Origin: Gemmatales bacterium
GTDB lineage: Bacteria; Planctomycetota; Planctomycetia; Gemmatales; HRBIN36
Direction: 5' to 3'
Length of the DNA stretch: 64,000 nt
Assembly (NCBI GenBank): GCA_041640595.1
Contig: JBEPZY010000001.1
Location: 576,001-640,000 of the forward strand
Shown: one piece after another, positions 40,349 to 50,634 of the stretch
How the letters are laid out: every line of letters begins with the position of its first letter
How positions within the stretch are numbered: position 1 is the stretch's first letter
Translations under genes and position numbers: made by a program
Notes under the pieces: model-generated
What the model was told of the DNA's origin: nothing
Databases searched by the model: none
What the model saw: the letters and a program-made list of their open reading frames with translations, nothing else

Positions 40349-41521
40349 ATGACCCGATGCCACTTGGGACTGATTGGGAATCACCTCTGGGGTCGGCAAA
40401 TAGCCAAGGCACTGACCGCGAGCGGAGCATGTTTGCGTGCGTGCGCCGGACCCCCTGAGCTGGGTGTCTGGGCTGCGACAACTAATCCCCACGTGGAGGT
40501 TTTTGCGGATGCTAGCAGTGTCATAACTCATCCCGAGGTGGATTTGCTGATTGTGGCAGACGATTTGCCCTACCGTAGCCAGTTGCTGTCTGAAGCTGTA
40601 CAGTTGGAGCGGAACATCCTGGTTGTGCACCCGGCGGATACTCAACCAGAGTTTTTTTACGTTATCCAGCTAGCCTACCAGGAACGGCGATTTTCTCTCT
40701 GGCCAGTTCTACCGCACCGGTTTTCCGAGGGATGTAGAAAAGTCATGGCCTGGCTCAACTCGCTAAGACGCTCGCAAAGCTGGCATCTGGAAGCTACGGT
40801 GCCGCTTTTCGCAAGCAGCATCACGGCCGGCGGCGTGCCTGCGCCGCTGGCTTCCAGGTCAGAACCATTGTTTGGGGAGAGCCATCCCCTGTGGTTCTGG
40901 GCTGATTGGCTACGCTTGCTGGGAGGCGAGGTAGCCGAGGTCTATGCCATCGGCGCCCCAACCGGCCTGGTTGCTGCCGACTGCTCGCTCACACTGACTG
41001 GACGATGGGAACGCGGCGGGGATTTTGTGATGCGCTTTGCCCCAGGCTTGGCCGAAGGATTTTGTCTGCAAGTGGGCGACGCTCGGCTGGAGTGGCACGG
41101 ACCGACCGTAGTGCCTGGTGAAGTTAGCCTGCACTGGCAGGTGGGCCCACGTGCGGAGAGTTGCCAGATTTGTGAAAACACAGTGTGGGAACGCCTGGCA
41201 CGCCGGATACTGAGCGGTGAAACGGAAGAGGTATCTGCACCGACGTGGGACGATGCTGTGAAATGTGCCGAACTGGTTCATGCTGTCACTGAGAGTCTCC
41301 GTTCGCGTAAAACTGTTCCGCTCCTGCACCAGGATTATTCAGAACCGGCGGTCTTCAAGAGTCGTGCTGCGACCCTGGGCTGTGGTGCATTGTGGTTGGT
41401 TCTGGGACTGGTCCTACTCGCCCCGCTATTTCCGCAGGTGCTTTACCTGGTTCCGATTGTGCTGGCATGCTGTTTAGCAATGTTTTTGCTTGGTTGGCTG
41501 GCTTACCGTCGCTCAGACTGA
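40349..41521 (+). CDS. degenerate Gfo/Idh/MocA-fold protein with C-terminal TM helices
   Basis: Rossmann-like N-terminus (VDLLIVA), VHPA in place of EKP, TWDDA...ELV.AV..S, two hydrophobic C-terminal segments. Confidence 0.6.
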   Translation: MTRCHLGLIGNHLWGRQIAKALTASGACLRACAGPPELGVWAATTNPHVEVFADASSVITHPEVDLLIVADDLPYRSQLLSEAVQLERNILVVHPADTQPEFFYVIQLAYQERRFSLWPVLPHRFSEGCRKVMAWLNSLRRSQSWHLEATVPLFASSITAGGVPAPLASRSEPLFGESHPLWFWADWLRLLGGEVAEVYAIGAPTGLVAADCSLTLTGRWERGGDFVMRFAPGLAEGFCLQVGDARLEWHGPTVVPGEVSLHWQVGPRAESCQICENTVWERLARRILSGETEEVSAPTWDDAVKCAELVHAVTESLRSRKTVPLLHQDYSEPAVFKSRAATLGCGALWLVLGLVLLAPLFPQVLYLVPIVLACCLAMFLLGWLAYRRSD

Positions 41522-41650
41522 ACAAAAGCGGCGCTGGTCTTACTTGAACCACGCTGAAGACCATGCCAGGTTTGACATTGGCAAGAATGGACTGATCTGC
41601 GAATAATAACTCTGCTGGGCAAAAACTGGAAATCGGTCAGGGAAACAGTT

Positions 41651-43540
41651 ATGCTGAACGTGGCGCTGAAGGAGGCAATTACGCGATTCCTGCATCGTGT
41701 GCAAAAGCCAGCGCAATACCTGGGTGGTGAGTGGAACAGCATCGTCAAGGATCACCGACAGGTACGCGGCAAGCTTTGTTTGTCGTTTGCCGACACTTAT
41801 ACCCTGGGCATGAGCCATCACGGTTTGCAAGTGCTTTACAGCATCATGAACAATGACCCACAATGGGCATGTGAGCGAGCCTTTACCCCCTGGCTGGATT
41901 TTGAATGTGAGCTACGGCAGCGCGGATTGCCGCTGTACAGTCTGGAGACCTTCACGCCGCTACGAGAATTTGACCTTCTCGGTTTCAGCCTCCAGTACGA
42001 GGTTTGCTACACAAACATTCTGACGATGCTGGACCTGGGGGGCGTGCCGTTATACAGCCAAGACCGCGGACTGGAAGACCCTCTGGTAGTTTGCGGTGGG
42101 CCGGGAGCGCAAAACCCCGAAGTTCTCGCTCCTTTCGTGGACGTATTCGTGTTGGGCGACGGCGAGGAAAGCTTACCCTGGCTGATGGACCGCTGGATGG
42201 CATTGAAAGAACGAGCCCGTAGCCGCCACGGCCAGATGTCGCCGGAAAAGTCACGCCAGGTCCGGCAGGAGCTGGTTGCTGAACTGGTGGCGTCGGTTCC
42301 GGAGGGTGGATGGCTACCCTGGGCCTATGCGCCTGCGTTTTACCAGCCGGAATATCATTCGGACGGCACGCTCCGTTGCATTCGCCGGACCCGTAGTGAT
42401 GTCCCTGAACAGATTTATGCCTGCATTTTGCGGAAGGATTTTGATGATGTTCCGCTGCCGGCTCGGCCGATTGTTTCCAACGTCGAGACAACTCACGATC
42501 GCATTCCGATCGAAATTATGCGTGGCTGTCCCTGGCAGTGCCGATTCTGCCAATCCACGGTCATCAAACGGCCGATCCGGGTCCGCTCGGTAGAAACGAT
42601 CGTGCGCTCCGCTCTGGAGGCCTACCGCAATACGGGGTACAACGAGATCAGCTTGCTCAGCCTCAGTTCCAGCGATTACCCGTATTTTGAAGAGCTTGTC
42701 AAGCGCATGCATGAAGTGTTCAACCCTCTGGGGGTCAACGTGTCACTGCCCAGCTTGCGAGTCAATCATCAGCTGCGAAGCTTGCCAAAACTGGTCAAAG
42801 GCGTGCGTCATCACGGTCTGACGTTAGCGCCTGAGGTAGCCCGCAACGATATGCGCGAGCAAATTCGCAAACCGGTTCGCAACGAAGACCTGTACGAAGG
42901 ATGTCGGCAAGCGTTCGCCAATGGCTGGCGGCGGGTCAAACTGTATTTCATGTGCGGCTTGCCAGGAGAACGTCGGGTTGATCTGGACGGCATCGTCGAA
43001 ATGGCGGAAACGATTGCTCGCATTGGTAAGGAAATCCTCGGGAGATATGCCGAGGTGACCGCGAGTGTATCCAACTTTGTCCCCAAGCCCCATACTCCGT
43101 ACCAGTGGCACGGAATGGCCAGCCGCGAGTACCTGGAGTGGGCCGGGACCTACTTGCGCAGCCGCTGCCGCATTCGGTCTGTTCGCATCAAACAGCATGA
43201 TATTGATCGCAGCCTGCTTGAAGGATTATTGACTCGCGGTGATCGTCGGATCGCCGCGGTTATCGAACAAGCCTGGCGACGCGGTGCTCGACTGGACGCC
43301 TGGGATGAATGCTTCAAACCGCAAGTCTGGTGGCGGGTTGTCAATGACCTGGGCGTGGATTTCGCCTTCTACGTCCACCGCCACCGACCGCTTTCGGAAG
43401 TTCTACCCTGGGACCATATCAATGTCAAAGCCGGGCGGGATTGGCTGGCCAAGGAACATCAACGCAGCCTTTTGCAGCTCGAAAGCCTCAAGCACGCTTC
43501 GGAGGATATACCCAGTCCACAATTTGTCGGTCGGCCGTAA
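41651..43540 (+). CDS. B12-binding radical SAM protein (TIGR03960-like)
   Basis: VQKPAQYLGGEWNS, GMSHHGLQVLY, GFSLQYE, GDGEE, RGCPWQCRFCQ, LYFMCGLP, FVPKPHTPYQW, LPWDHI. Confidence 0.92.
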   Translation: MLNVALKEAITRFLHRVQKPAQYLGGEWNSIVKDHRQVRGKLCLSFADTYTLGMSHHGLQVLYSIMNNDPQWACERAFTPWLDFECELRQRGLPLYSLETFTPLREFDLLGFSLQYEVCYTNILTMLDLGGVPLYSQDRGLEDPLVVCGGPGAQNPEVLAPFVDVFVLGDGEESLPWLMDRWMALKERARSRHGQMSPEKSRQVRQELVAELVASVPEGGWLPWAYAPAFYQPEYHSDGTLRCIRRTRSDVPEQIYACILRKDFDDVPLPARPIVSNVETTHDRIPIEIMRGCPWQCRFCQSTVIKRPIRVRSVETIVRSALEAYRNTGYNEISLLSLSSSDYPYFEELVKRMHEVFNPLGVNVSLPSLRVNHQLRSLPKLVKGVRHHGLTLAPEVARNDMREQIRKPVRNEDLYEGCRQAFANGWRRVKLYFMCGLPGERRVDLDGIVEMAETIARIGKEILGRYAEVTASVSNFVPKPHTPYQWHGMASREYLEWAGTYLRSRCRIRSVRIKQHDIDRSLLEGLLTRGDRRIAAVIEQAWRRGARLDAWDECFKPQVWWRVVNDLGVDFAFYVHRHRPLSEVLPWDHINVKAGRDWLAKEHQRSLLQLESLKHASEDIPSPQFVGRP

Positions 43541-43646
43541 GCAAAACTGAAAGCCGCCGAAGGTCGGAGCTATATTTCTTTGTGAGTGTCTGTGTGCTAC
43601 CTATGAGGATGCGAAGTTACCGGAAAGAGCAAAACGAACGGAAGCA

Positions 43647-44789
43647 ATGGGCATGAAACGGTTGCACGTAGCGTTGGTTTATAATGCGGCTCGAACAAGC
43701 ACCCCCGATCGCCCCGAGGATCGCGGTAGTATGCACGATCTTCGGGTGCAGATTCGCCGTTTGGCGCGCACATTGCGCAAACTTGGCCATACCGTAACGG
43801 TGGTAGCCCTGGCTCATGATTTATTTCGTTTTCAGCGATTGCTGAGACGGCTACGTCCTGATGTCGTATTCAACCAGTATGACGATGTCGTGCATGGTGC
43901 CCAGTACGAAATGCGCGTGGCCGCTCTGGTACGCATGTTGGGATTTCCGATGACCGGTTCCCCGGCACTTGCGCTGGGATTATGCCGATTCAAGTTCATG
44001 ACCGCCTCATTGCTCAGCGGCGTAGGCATCCCTGTTCCGCCCAATACTGCGTTGTTGGAAACGGTCAAATCCGTTCGAGAACACAAATGGCAATTTCCGC
44101 TGATTGTTCAGCCCAGCCAGGAGCACGCAGGTATTGGATTAGAGCGCGACTCGATCGTTTACACCAAAACACAATTGCGGCGGAAAGTCGCTCAGATTCT
44201 TCGCGAGTATAAGCAGCCGGCTCTGGTCCAGCGGTTTTTAAGCGGTCGAGAGTTTAATGTGGGACTAGTGGGTGGTCACCGTTTGCGCATCCTCCCCCTG
44301 GCCGAAGTGGACTATTCGCAACTGCCGCCGGACATTCCGCCCATCATGTCCTACGCTGCCAAATGGCTTGAGAATACCGAAGAATACCAAAAAACCAGCG
44401 TCATTTGCCCGGCCAAAGTTGACCCGCAACTGGAACAGGAGATCGGGCAGATGGCAGTGCGTGCTTTTCGTTGCATTGGCGGCTGGGGATACGGTCGCGT
44501 TGATATTCGCCTGGACGAAACTGGCCGGCCTTTTGTCCTGGATGTCAATTGCAATCCCTGTCTGGATGAGGGTATCGGGATCGCACGGCAGGCCGAACGC
44601 GCCGGTATTTCTTTCCCGGAGTTGCTCAAACTGATTTTGAAAGCTGCCCTGGAACGCCCACCTTTTGACGTGGATATGCCTATGTTGGGCGTCGGCTCAA
44701 CGGCAACATCACTTGCCAATGGACGCGACCGGCTATCTGTCCCAGGCGACTTGCAAAACCCGGCTGGTTCTGTCGCTAACAACCCATGA
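43647..44789 (+). CDS. D-Ala-D-Ala ligase-like ATP-grasp protein (divergent)
   Basis: DVVFN, TGS, GIPVP, GREFNV, YAAKW, YGRVDIR, VNCNP. Confidence 0.85.
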   Translation: MGMKRLHVALVYNAARTSTPDRPEDRGSMHDLRVQIRRLARTLRKLGHTVTVVALAHDLFRFQRLLRRLRPDVVFNQYDDVVHGAQYEMRVAALVRMLGFPMTGSPALALGLCRFKFMTASLLSGVGIPVPPNTALLETVKSVREHKWQFPLIVQPSQEHAGIGLERDSIVYTKTQLRRKVAQILREYKQPALVQRFLSGREFNVGLVGGHRLRILPLAEVDYSQLPPDIPPIMSYAAKWLENTEEYQKTSVICPAKVDPQLEQEIGQMAVRAFRCIGGWGYGRVDIRLDETGRPFVLDVNCNPCLDEGIGIARQAERAGISFPELLKLILKAALERPPFDVDMPMLGVGSTATSLANGRDRLSVPGDLQNPAGSVANNP

Positions 44790-44948
44790 TTCCCGCTGAG
44801 AAATCGGCTCGGTTTAAAAAGCGAACCGCGTTACCTGGACCGCTCCCAGGCCAGTGCTCGAATTTTCCTTTCATCTGTCCAGGTTTGCGCCTAAAATTTA
44901 TCAGAGACGTAGAAGCGGTCCACACTACTAAGAAAGGAGGAAAATCGG

Positions 44949-45353
44949 TTGAGTGAAACAATGCAGCGCGTGCCTCGTCTTAAACGCCACCTCCCGAGTG
45001 CGTTAGAACGCGCGTTTTTGTGTGCCCGCGTTGCCGACCAGCACAAAGCTCGTGATATCCTCGTCCTGGACATGCGCCGTCTAACGCCGCTGTATGATTT
45101 TATGGTGCTGGTTACCGCTCAAAGCCGGCGACAACTCCACGCTTTGGTAGAAGAAATTGATGCAGCTATGCGTGCGGTCGGCGACGAACGCCTCGGCATC
45201 GAGGGCTACGAGACCGGCAAGTGGGTCGTGGAAGATTACGGCGACGTGGTGATACACATCTTCGATCCGCCTACTCGCGATTACTACGGTCTGGAACACC
45301 TCTGGGCAGACGCTCCTCAACTCGATTGGCGAAACAGCGACGGCCAGGTATAA
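44949..45353 (+). CDS. rsfS: ribosome silencing factor
   Basis: KARDILVLDM, D.MVLVTA.S.RQ, IEG....WVVEDYGDVVIHIF, R.YYGLE.LW; AAGGAGG SD. Confidence 0.95.
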   Translation: MSETMQRVPRLKRHLPSALERAFLCARVADQHKARDILVLDMRRLTPLYDFMVLVTAQSRRQLHALVEEIDAAMRAVGDERLGIEGYETGKWVVEDYGDVVIHIFDPPTRDYYGLEHLWADAPQLDWRNSDGQV

Positions 45354-45457
45354 GTTAACTTCCCACCTGGGCCCAGGCTCGTATAAATCAGGTTGCGTCT
45401 CCTCCTTGCCTTGAAGGCATAGAGAGGTTTTCGTGCTCTCCGAACGGGATTTTGGCC

Positions 45458-47215
45458 ATGAACTTGCTCACTTTCCTGCGTCATCACTTTCGCACAGCAC
45501 TTGAACAATTGCAGATTCCGGACGCGGAGAAATATCTCGATCTCATCAAACCCGCTAGCGACCCCCGCTTTGGCGATTATCAGGCCAATTTGGCCATGCC
45601 CTTGGGCAAGCTGCTGGGCAAACCCCCGAGGCAGCTGGCCGCAGAAATCATCGCCCGCCTGCAATTGGACGAGGCTACCGAACCGCCGGAAGTTGCCGGC
45701 CCAGGATTTATCAACATAAGGTTTCGCTCGTCCTGGTTGGCGCAGCAGGTTGCCCATCTGGTTACCGATGACCGCCTCGGCGTGGCCCCCATCGAAAATC
45801 CTTTGACCTATGTCATAGATTACAGCTCTCCTAACGTTGCCAAGCCAATGCACGTAGGCCACCTCCGCAGCACGGTCATCGGCGATGCTCTCGCGCGCAT
45901 TCTTCGTTTCGTCGGACATCGAGTCATTACTGATAACCATCTCGGCGATTGGGGGACACAGTTCGGTATGCTGATTTACGGTTATAAACATTTCCGCGAC
46001 GAAGCCGCATTACAAGCTAACCCGGTCCGAGAAATGCTTCGTCTTTATGTGTTAGTACGCGAGAAGATTAAACAGGCCGGAGGCGCTCAGGAAGACGAAG
46101 AAGAGGAGGCATCGAATCCCATCGCCGAAGCTTGCCGCCAGGAGACCGCTAAACTTCATGCGGGGGATCCTGAAAATTTGGAGCTTTGGCGAAAAATGAT
46201 GCCTTGGTGCCTCGCAGAATTAGAGAAAATTTACTGCCGACTGGACGTTCACTTTGACTATACTTTAGGCGAGAGTTTCTATCAGCCTATGCTTGCTAGC
46301 GTTGTCGAAGACCTTCTCGCTCGAGGGATTGCGACTTATAGCGACGGTGCCGTGGTTGTGTTTGCTAGTGCGGATCAGCCACCTGCTATCATTCGCAAGC
46401 GCGATGGCGCTTACACCTATATGACCACGGACCTGGCCACTATCCGTTATCGTGTCGAACATTTCCAGCCCCACTCAATACTATACGTCGTGGATTTTCG
46501 GCAGACCTTACATTTCCAGCAACTATTCGAAATAGCCCGGCGATGGGGCTATAGCGATGTCCATTTTGAACACGTATCTTTCGGTTCAGTGTTAGGCCCT
46601 GATCGTAAACCTATCAAGACCAGGGAAGGCGGTGCTGTCGAACTGGAAGCCTTATTAGATGAAGCCGTGCGGCGGGCTCGGGCAATTGTGGATGCGAACA
46701 GTCCGGAACTACCTGAAGAAAAGCGGGCCGAAATCGCCGAGGCTGTTGGAATTGGCGCCGTCAAATATGCCGATCTGTCTCAGAACCGCACCAGCGATTA
46801 CATTTTTAACTGGGACAAAATGTTGGCCATGGATGGAAATACAGCCACCTATATGCAGTACGCTTACGCCCGCATTCAAAGTGTTTTTCGTAAAGGGAAC
46901 ATCGAACCAGTAGCTCTGCGTGATTCACATCTAGTCGTGAGCCTAGAAACTCCCGAGGAGCGACAACTCGCCCTGACTTTGCTTCGCCTTCCTGAGGCAA
47001 TCCAGTCAGCGGCATCGGAATATAGACCGAACGCACTTACATCTTACCTCTGGGACCTGGCAAATGCTTATAGTGCATTGTATCAAAACCATCCGATTCT
47101 GAAGGCACCTGAGGAACATCTCCGGCATAGCCGTCTAATCCTGTCCGACCTGACCGGCCGGACCATACGTCTCGGCTTGCAATTGTTAGGCATTCGCTGT
47201 GTAGAGCAAATGTGA
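45458..47215 (+). CDS. argS: arginine--tRNA ligase
   Basis: GDYQAN, AGPGFIN, DYSSPNVAKPMHVGHLRST, GDWGTQFG, GNTATYMQYAYAR. Confidence 0.98.
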   Translation: MNLLTFLRHHFRTALEQLQIPDAEKYLDLIKPASDPRFGDYQANLAMPLGKLLGKPPRQLAAEIIARLQLDEATEPPEVAGPGFINIRFRSSWLAQQVAHLVTDDRLGVAPIENPLTYVIDYSSPNVAKPMHVGHLRSTVIGDALARILRFVGHRVITDNHLGDWGTQFGMLIYGYKHFRDEAALQANPVREMLRLYVLVREKIKQAGGAQEDEEEEASNPIAEACRQETAKLHAGDPENLELWRKMMPWCLAELEKIYCRLDVHFDYTLGESFYQPMLASVVEDLLARGIATYSDGAVVVFASADQPPAIIRKRDGAYTYMTTDLATIRYRVEHFQPHSILYVVDFRQTLHFQQLFEIARRWGYSDVHFEHVSFGSVLGPDRKPIKTREGGAVELEALLDEAVRRARAIVDANSPELPEEKRAEIAEAVGIGAVKYADLSQNRTSDYIFNWDKMLAMDGNTATYMQYAYARIQSVFRKGNIEPVALRDSHLVVSLETPEERQLALTLLRLPEAIQSAASEYRPNALTSYLWDLANAYSALYQNHPILKAPEEHLRHSRLILSDLTGRTIRLGLQLLGIRCVEQM

Positions 47216-47325
47216 TTCGCCACAAATTAAAGTTGCCCGCGAATATTTTGCATCACTCACCCTATGGCTACAATGACGCCCAGTTACATAGTGAGCTTGA
47301 CCGGGGATATTAGCTGAGCCTGGAA

Positions 47326-48891
47326 TTATTCCCCGAATACCAGATGAAGCTGACAACCCTCTAAATCTGGTATCTGAAACAATCGCGTTGCAATCTGGTC
47401 AGCGGACTCATTCGACCTAATTTTCACTGTAACCTGTATTGACTTGTCGGAGCCACGAACAATCTGGACATCCTTAGCAGAAGGGCCTAAAACAGTTAAG
47501 ATTCGCCGGCGTAGATCGTCGTCAGTGTTAGCCGTTGAGATAGGACTAAGTGGCGTTATCCCAGTGGGCATAGCTGCTCCGCTTGGGCTGATGATATTGC
47601 TTTGCTCCGAGCGTACAGAGTGTGAACTGGCGGTGTGGTTAGGAACTGACGGCAGTCCACGTAATGAAGGATAACTCAGCGGCGAGGCATTGGTCGTCGG
47701 GGCGAATGTGCTGCTGGCCGAATTTGTTGACCCGTGGGTTGGCGCGACCGTCGTGTCAAGGAGCCGAGGCTTAGGTAAAGTCTGATAGTCGGTGCGCAAG
47801 ACTTGGCTGGAATTGTAACGCTCTCCAGGCGTGAGTGGCATAACGGAACTTGATAAAGTGGAAGCATTAGCTCTGTAATCATTGGATTTCGTCGCCTCGG
47901 GCTGAGCGACACTGGTTACCGGCACCATCGGTTGCCCTTTCAGCCCAGGGATTGATATTGGTTGGCCTGGGTTTGCTGGAATATGTTGCGTAACAGCGAA
48001 AGAGCCGTTCACAGAATGCAGCGAGATATGTGGCGTTCCTGACCACACTCCATAAGCTCCCTCGGTTACAGTTACGAAGCTGTTCGGACTGGTATGGACA
48101 ACGTGACTTGAAACATGAGACGCCAGCGTATTGACATCCAAAAGCTGACGCATAGAAGGATACAAAGGTTGCAGTCTAGGGGCTGTAGCCTGCCCTAATG
48201 GTGCAGAAGGTGGGTGTTGTGCTAACTTAGGAACGGCCATCGAAGATCGCGGCCGCCACACAAATGGGTCAGAAGTTGTGTAATTGTCGGCATTTTCCGA
48301 TGGTGTATCAGAATAAGTTGCTGAGGCCTGCGCTGAGGCTAAATGAGGGTCTATCACCAGGTAGTTGCGCACTGCAAGGCAGTGAGGAACTTCCTGGAGA
48401 CAGCGGCTGGCTAATAATTTGTCCGCGAGGCTGGCTACGCGGCCTCGCAAGGTGACCACGCCCGATGAATCTGGGTAGATGTCAATTTCGGCAAAGCCTG
48501 TTGGGCCGCCTAAACGCGCTTGCTCAAGCTTTCGCTGTACGGCTTCCCCCAGCTCACGTGGTGAGCGGGGTGTTCTTGTGGGCAAGGAGAGGGGGTGTAC
48601 CTTGATACGGTCTTTTACTGGCAAAGCGGTTATTTGTGCTACCAGCTGTATGGCGCGAGTTCTCACACCCTCATTAGGAACGACACCTGCTACTTCAACA
48701 GCTTGATTTGCAACTTCTATATGCCAGTCATAAGGGAACGTTATGGGATCAGCTAATAGCTCTAATTCGATTCGAACTGCCAGGTCCTGCTCGAATCCGG
48801 GTCCATTGGCCCACAAACAGCGTGTTAGTTGCGATAACAGTGCGGCCAAAGCCAAGGTGAGAATGAGTATCGAGAAGGCTTTGGATTTCAT
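47326..48891 (-). CDS. secreted BON-domain protein with Pro/Ser/Thr-rich linker
   Basis: Signal peptide; BON-like VEVAGVV and GVVTLRGRV...AVRNYL segments. Confidence 0.7.
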   Translation of the reverse strand: MKSKAFSILILTLALAALLSQLTRCLWANGPGFEQDLAVRIELELLADPITFPYDWHIEVANQAVEVAGVVPNEGVRTRAIQLVAQITALPVKDRIKVHPLSLPTRTPRSPRELGEAVQRKLEQARLGGPTGFAEIDIYPDSSGVVTLRGRVASLADKLLASRCLQEVPHCLAVRNYLVIDPHLASAQASATYSDTPSENADNYTTSDPFVWRPRSSMAVPKLAQHPPSAPLGQATAPRLQPLYPSMRQLLDVNTLASHVSSHVVHTSPNSFVTVTEGAYGVWSGTPHISLHSVNGSFAVTQHIPANPGQPISIPGLKGQPMVPVTSVAQPEATKSNDYRANASTLSSSVMPLTPGERYNSSQVLRTDYQTLPKPRLLDTTVAPTHGSTNSASSTFAPTTNASPLSYPSLRGLPSVPNHTASSHSVRSEQSNIISPSGAAMPTGITPLSPISTANTDDDLRRRILTVLGPSAKDVQIVRGSDKSIQVTVKIRSNESADQIATRLFQIPDLEGCQLHLVFGE

Positions 48892-48914
48892 GGAGCATAC
48901 CTTGATTATGAGTG

Positions 48915-49490
48915 CTAAGGGGCCGCCGTCATGAATTCACGCTGCACCTGCTGTTGCAGTTCTTGTTCCGGACCAACGCACACATGTAAGTGGTCCTTGT
49001 CTATGTAAATGACCTCAACGCGATCTTCCTCAATCTTGAAAGGAAATGGATAGGACGACTGAATGATCTGTTTGTAGTAAACCGTGCACTTGTAATGACA
49101 GTGGTGGAGCTGAGCCGGGCCAACTAACGGATAGAATCGGCAAGGGTCGAGTTGGTCCACTATGAGTTCCTTCTGGATGTCTTTGATGTCGCGGAGCTCT
49201 TCCAGAACGTAAGGGATACCGCGAATGACTTTAGGCAAGGCTCGGATGATTTCCTCATCTTGAGGTGCATCCATGCAGCGCGGCGGTCGTGTTCCGGGAA
49301 GAATCGGTGGCATGATAGGCGTTCGATGTTGCAGGCGACTGCTGAATTTCTCATCAAGCCGGTCTGCAGTCCACGGTGGAATAGGCACTGTCGCCACCAT
49401 GAATGACAGTGTGTGCAACGGCGTGCAGCCCATAACGAGAAGCAAACCTAGACAGCAAAATCGCCTGCGTTGATTGTGCTTGGCGGGCAT
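48915..49490 (-). CDS. conserved hypothetical lipoprotein
   Basis: Lipobox-like LLVMGC; YPLVGPAQLHHCHYKCTVYY and EVIYIDKDHLH motifs recalled from planctomycete proteins. Confidence 0.75.
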   Translation of the reverse strand: MPAKHNQRRRFCCLGLLLVMGCTPLHTLSFMVATVPIPPWTADRLDEKFSSRLQHRTPIMPPILPGTRPPRCMDAPQDEEIIRALPKVIRGIPYVLEELRDIKDIQKELIVDQLDPCRFYPLVGPAQLHHCHYKCTVYYKQIIQSSYPFPFKIEEDRVEVIYIDKDHLHVCVGPEQELQQQVQREFMTAAP

Positions 49491-49842
49491 ACTGAGCCTC
49501 CCAGCCAGATCCACTCATTATAGCAAAAATCTGCTACCGACCCTATAATCTTCATCGGCGCAAACTGTATCGAACTTTAGGAGTATGCACGTGGCAACGG
49601 GAAAATCGGCCTTCCAGAATTTGCCGATCTTGCCAAAAGCTTTGAGCGGGAATACGAGGCGAAGTTTGAAAGGAGAAGTATAAAATGATTACGACTCCGC
49701 AGGCACCGTAATCGGTTACGCTCAACTGGAGAGGCATTGTCGGCCCGACAAGCAAGTAGCGGAGGCCGATTTTGGCACGGCTTCGCAGGTGGGAGATGAC
49801 TCAATAGGACAGCAGCTTTTGGAATGGTGATATAACCGGGCG

Positions 49843-50634
49843 ATGAAAAATATCAAGCTCACTTTGAGTTACGATGGCACCGATTTCGCTGGTTGGCAAT
49901 CGCAACCCGGGCGCCGAACCGTTCAGGAAACTCTGGAAAAAGCTATCGCGGCAGTCGTTCAGGAGCCAGTGCGATGCAATGTCAGTGGTCGAACTGACGC
50001 AGGAGTTCACGCGTTAGGGCAAGTGGTCAACTTTTATACCTCGACCCGACTTACCGCAACGCAACTAATGCGTGCCATCAACGCCCATTTGCCCCCCGAT
50101 GTCGTGGTTCGTTTTGCGGAGGAAATGCCGCAGGCCTTCGATGCCAATCGGGACGCCCGAGGAAAATGGTACCGTTATTACGTTCACGTTGGATCGGTGC
50201 GACCGATTTTTTTACGCCGTTATGTCTGGCATGTTCCCTGGCGGTTGGATTTAGAAAAAATGCAACGTGCTTCACGAGTTTTATTAGGCCGACATGATTT
50301 TCGCAGTTTCGAAACCGAATGGCCCAACCGAATGTCTAGTGTGCGCAACGTCACTTATATATCGTGGCATCAGGCTGGCCCAATGATATGGTTAGACATA
50401 GCCGCCGATGGTTTTCTCTATAATATGGTGCGAGCCATCGTCGGTACGGTAGTCAATGTGGGGCGTGGCTACTGGCCTGTCGAACAGGTCGCTAAGATTC
50501 TGGAGGCTCGAGACAGACGCCAGGCAGGGCCCACAGCGCCACCTCAGGGTTTATTCCTGATGCGAGTGTATTACGGAAATGAGGAGCCTGACCTTGCCAG
50601 GGATTCCCAATTTCCCTTTGCTTTTGCAGATTGA
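49843..50634 (+). CDS. truA: tRNA pseudouridine(38-40) synthase
   Basis: YDGTDFAGWQ, SGRTDAGVHA, GRHDFRSF, GFLYNMVR, TAPPQGL. Confidence 0.98.
   Translation: MKNIKLTLSYDGTDFAGWQSQPGRRTVQETLEKAIAAVVQEPVRCNVSGRTDAGVHALGQVVNFYTSTRLTATQLMRAINAHLPPDVVVRFAEEMPQAFDANRDARGKWYRYYVHVGSVRPIFLRRYVWHVPWRLDLEKMQRASRVLLGRHDFRSFETEWPNRMSSVRNVTYISWHQAGPMIWLDIAADGFLYNMVRAIVGTVVNVGRGYWPVEQVAKILEARDRRQAGPTAPPQGLFLMRVYYGNEEPDLARDSQFPFAFAD

Noticed and set aside
44833..44941. Anti-SD switch in the rsfS leader
   Set aside because: Pairings exist, but a TTTCAT-N17-TAAAAT promoter (44869-44897) would exclude the anti-SD from the transcript
49772..49787. sigma54-like TTGGCACGGCTTCGCA before truA
   Set aside because: GG-to-GC spacing is 9, not the required 10
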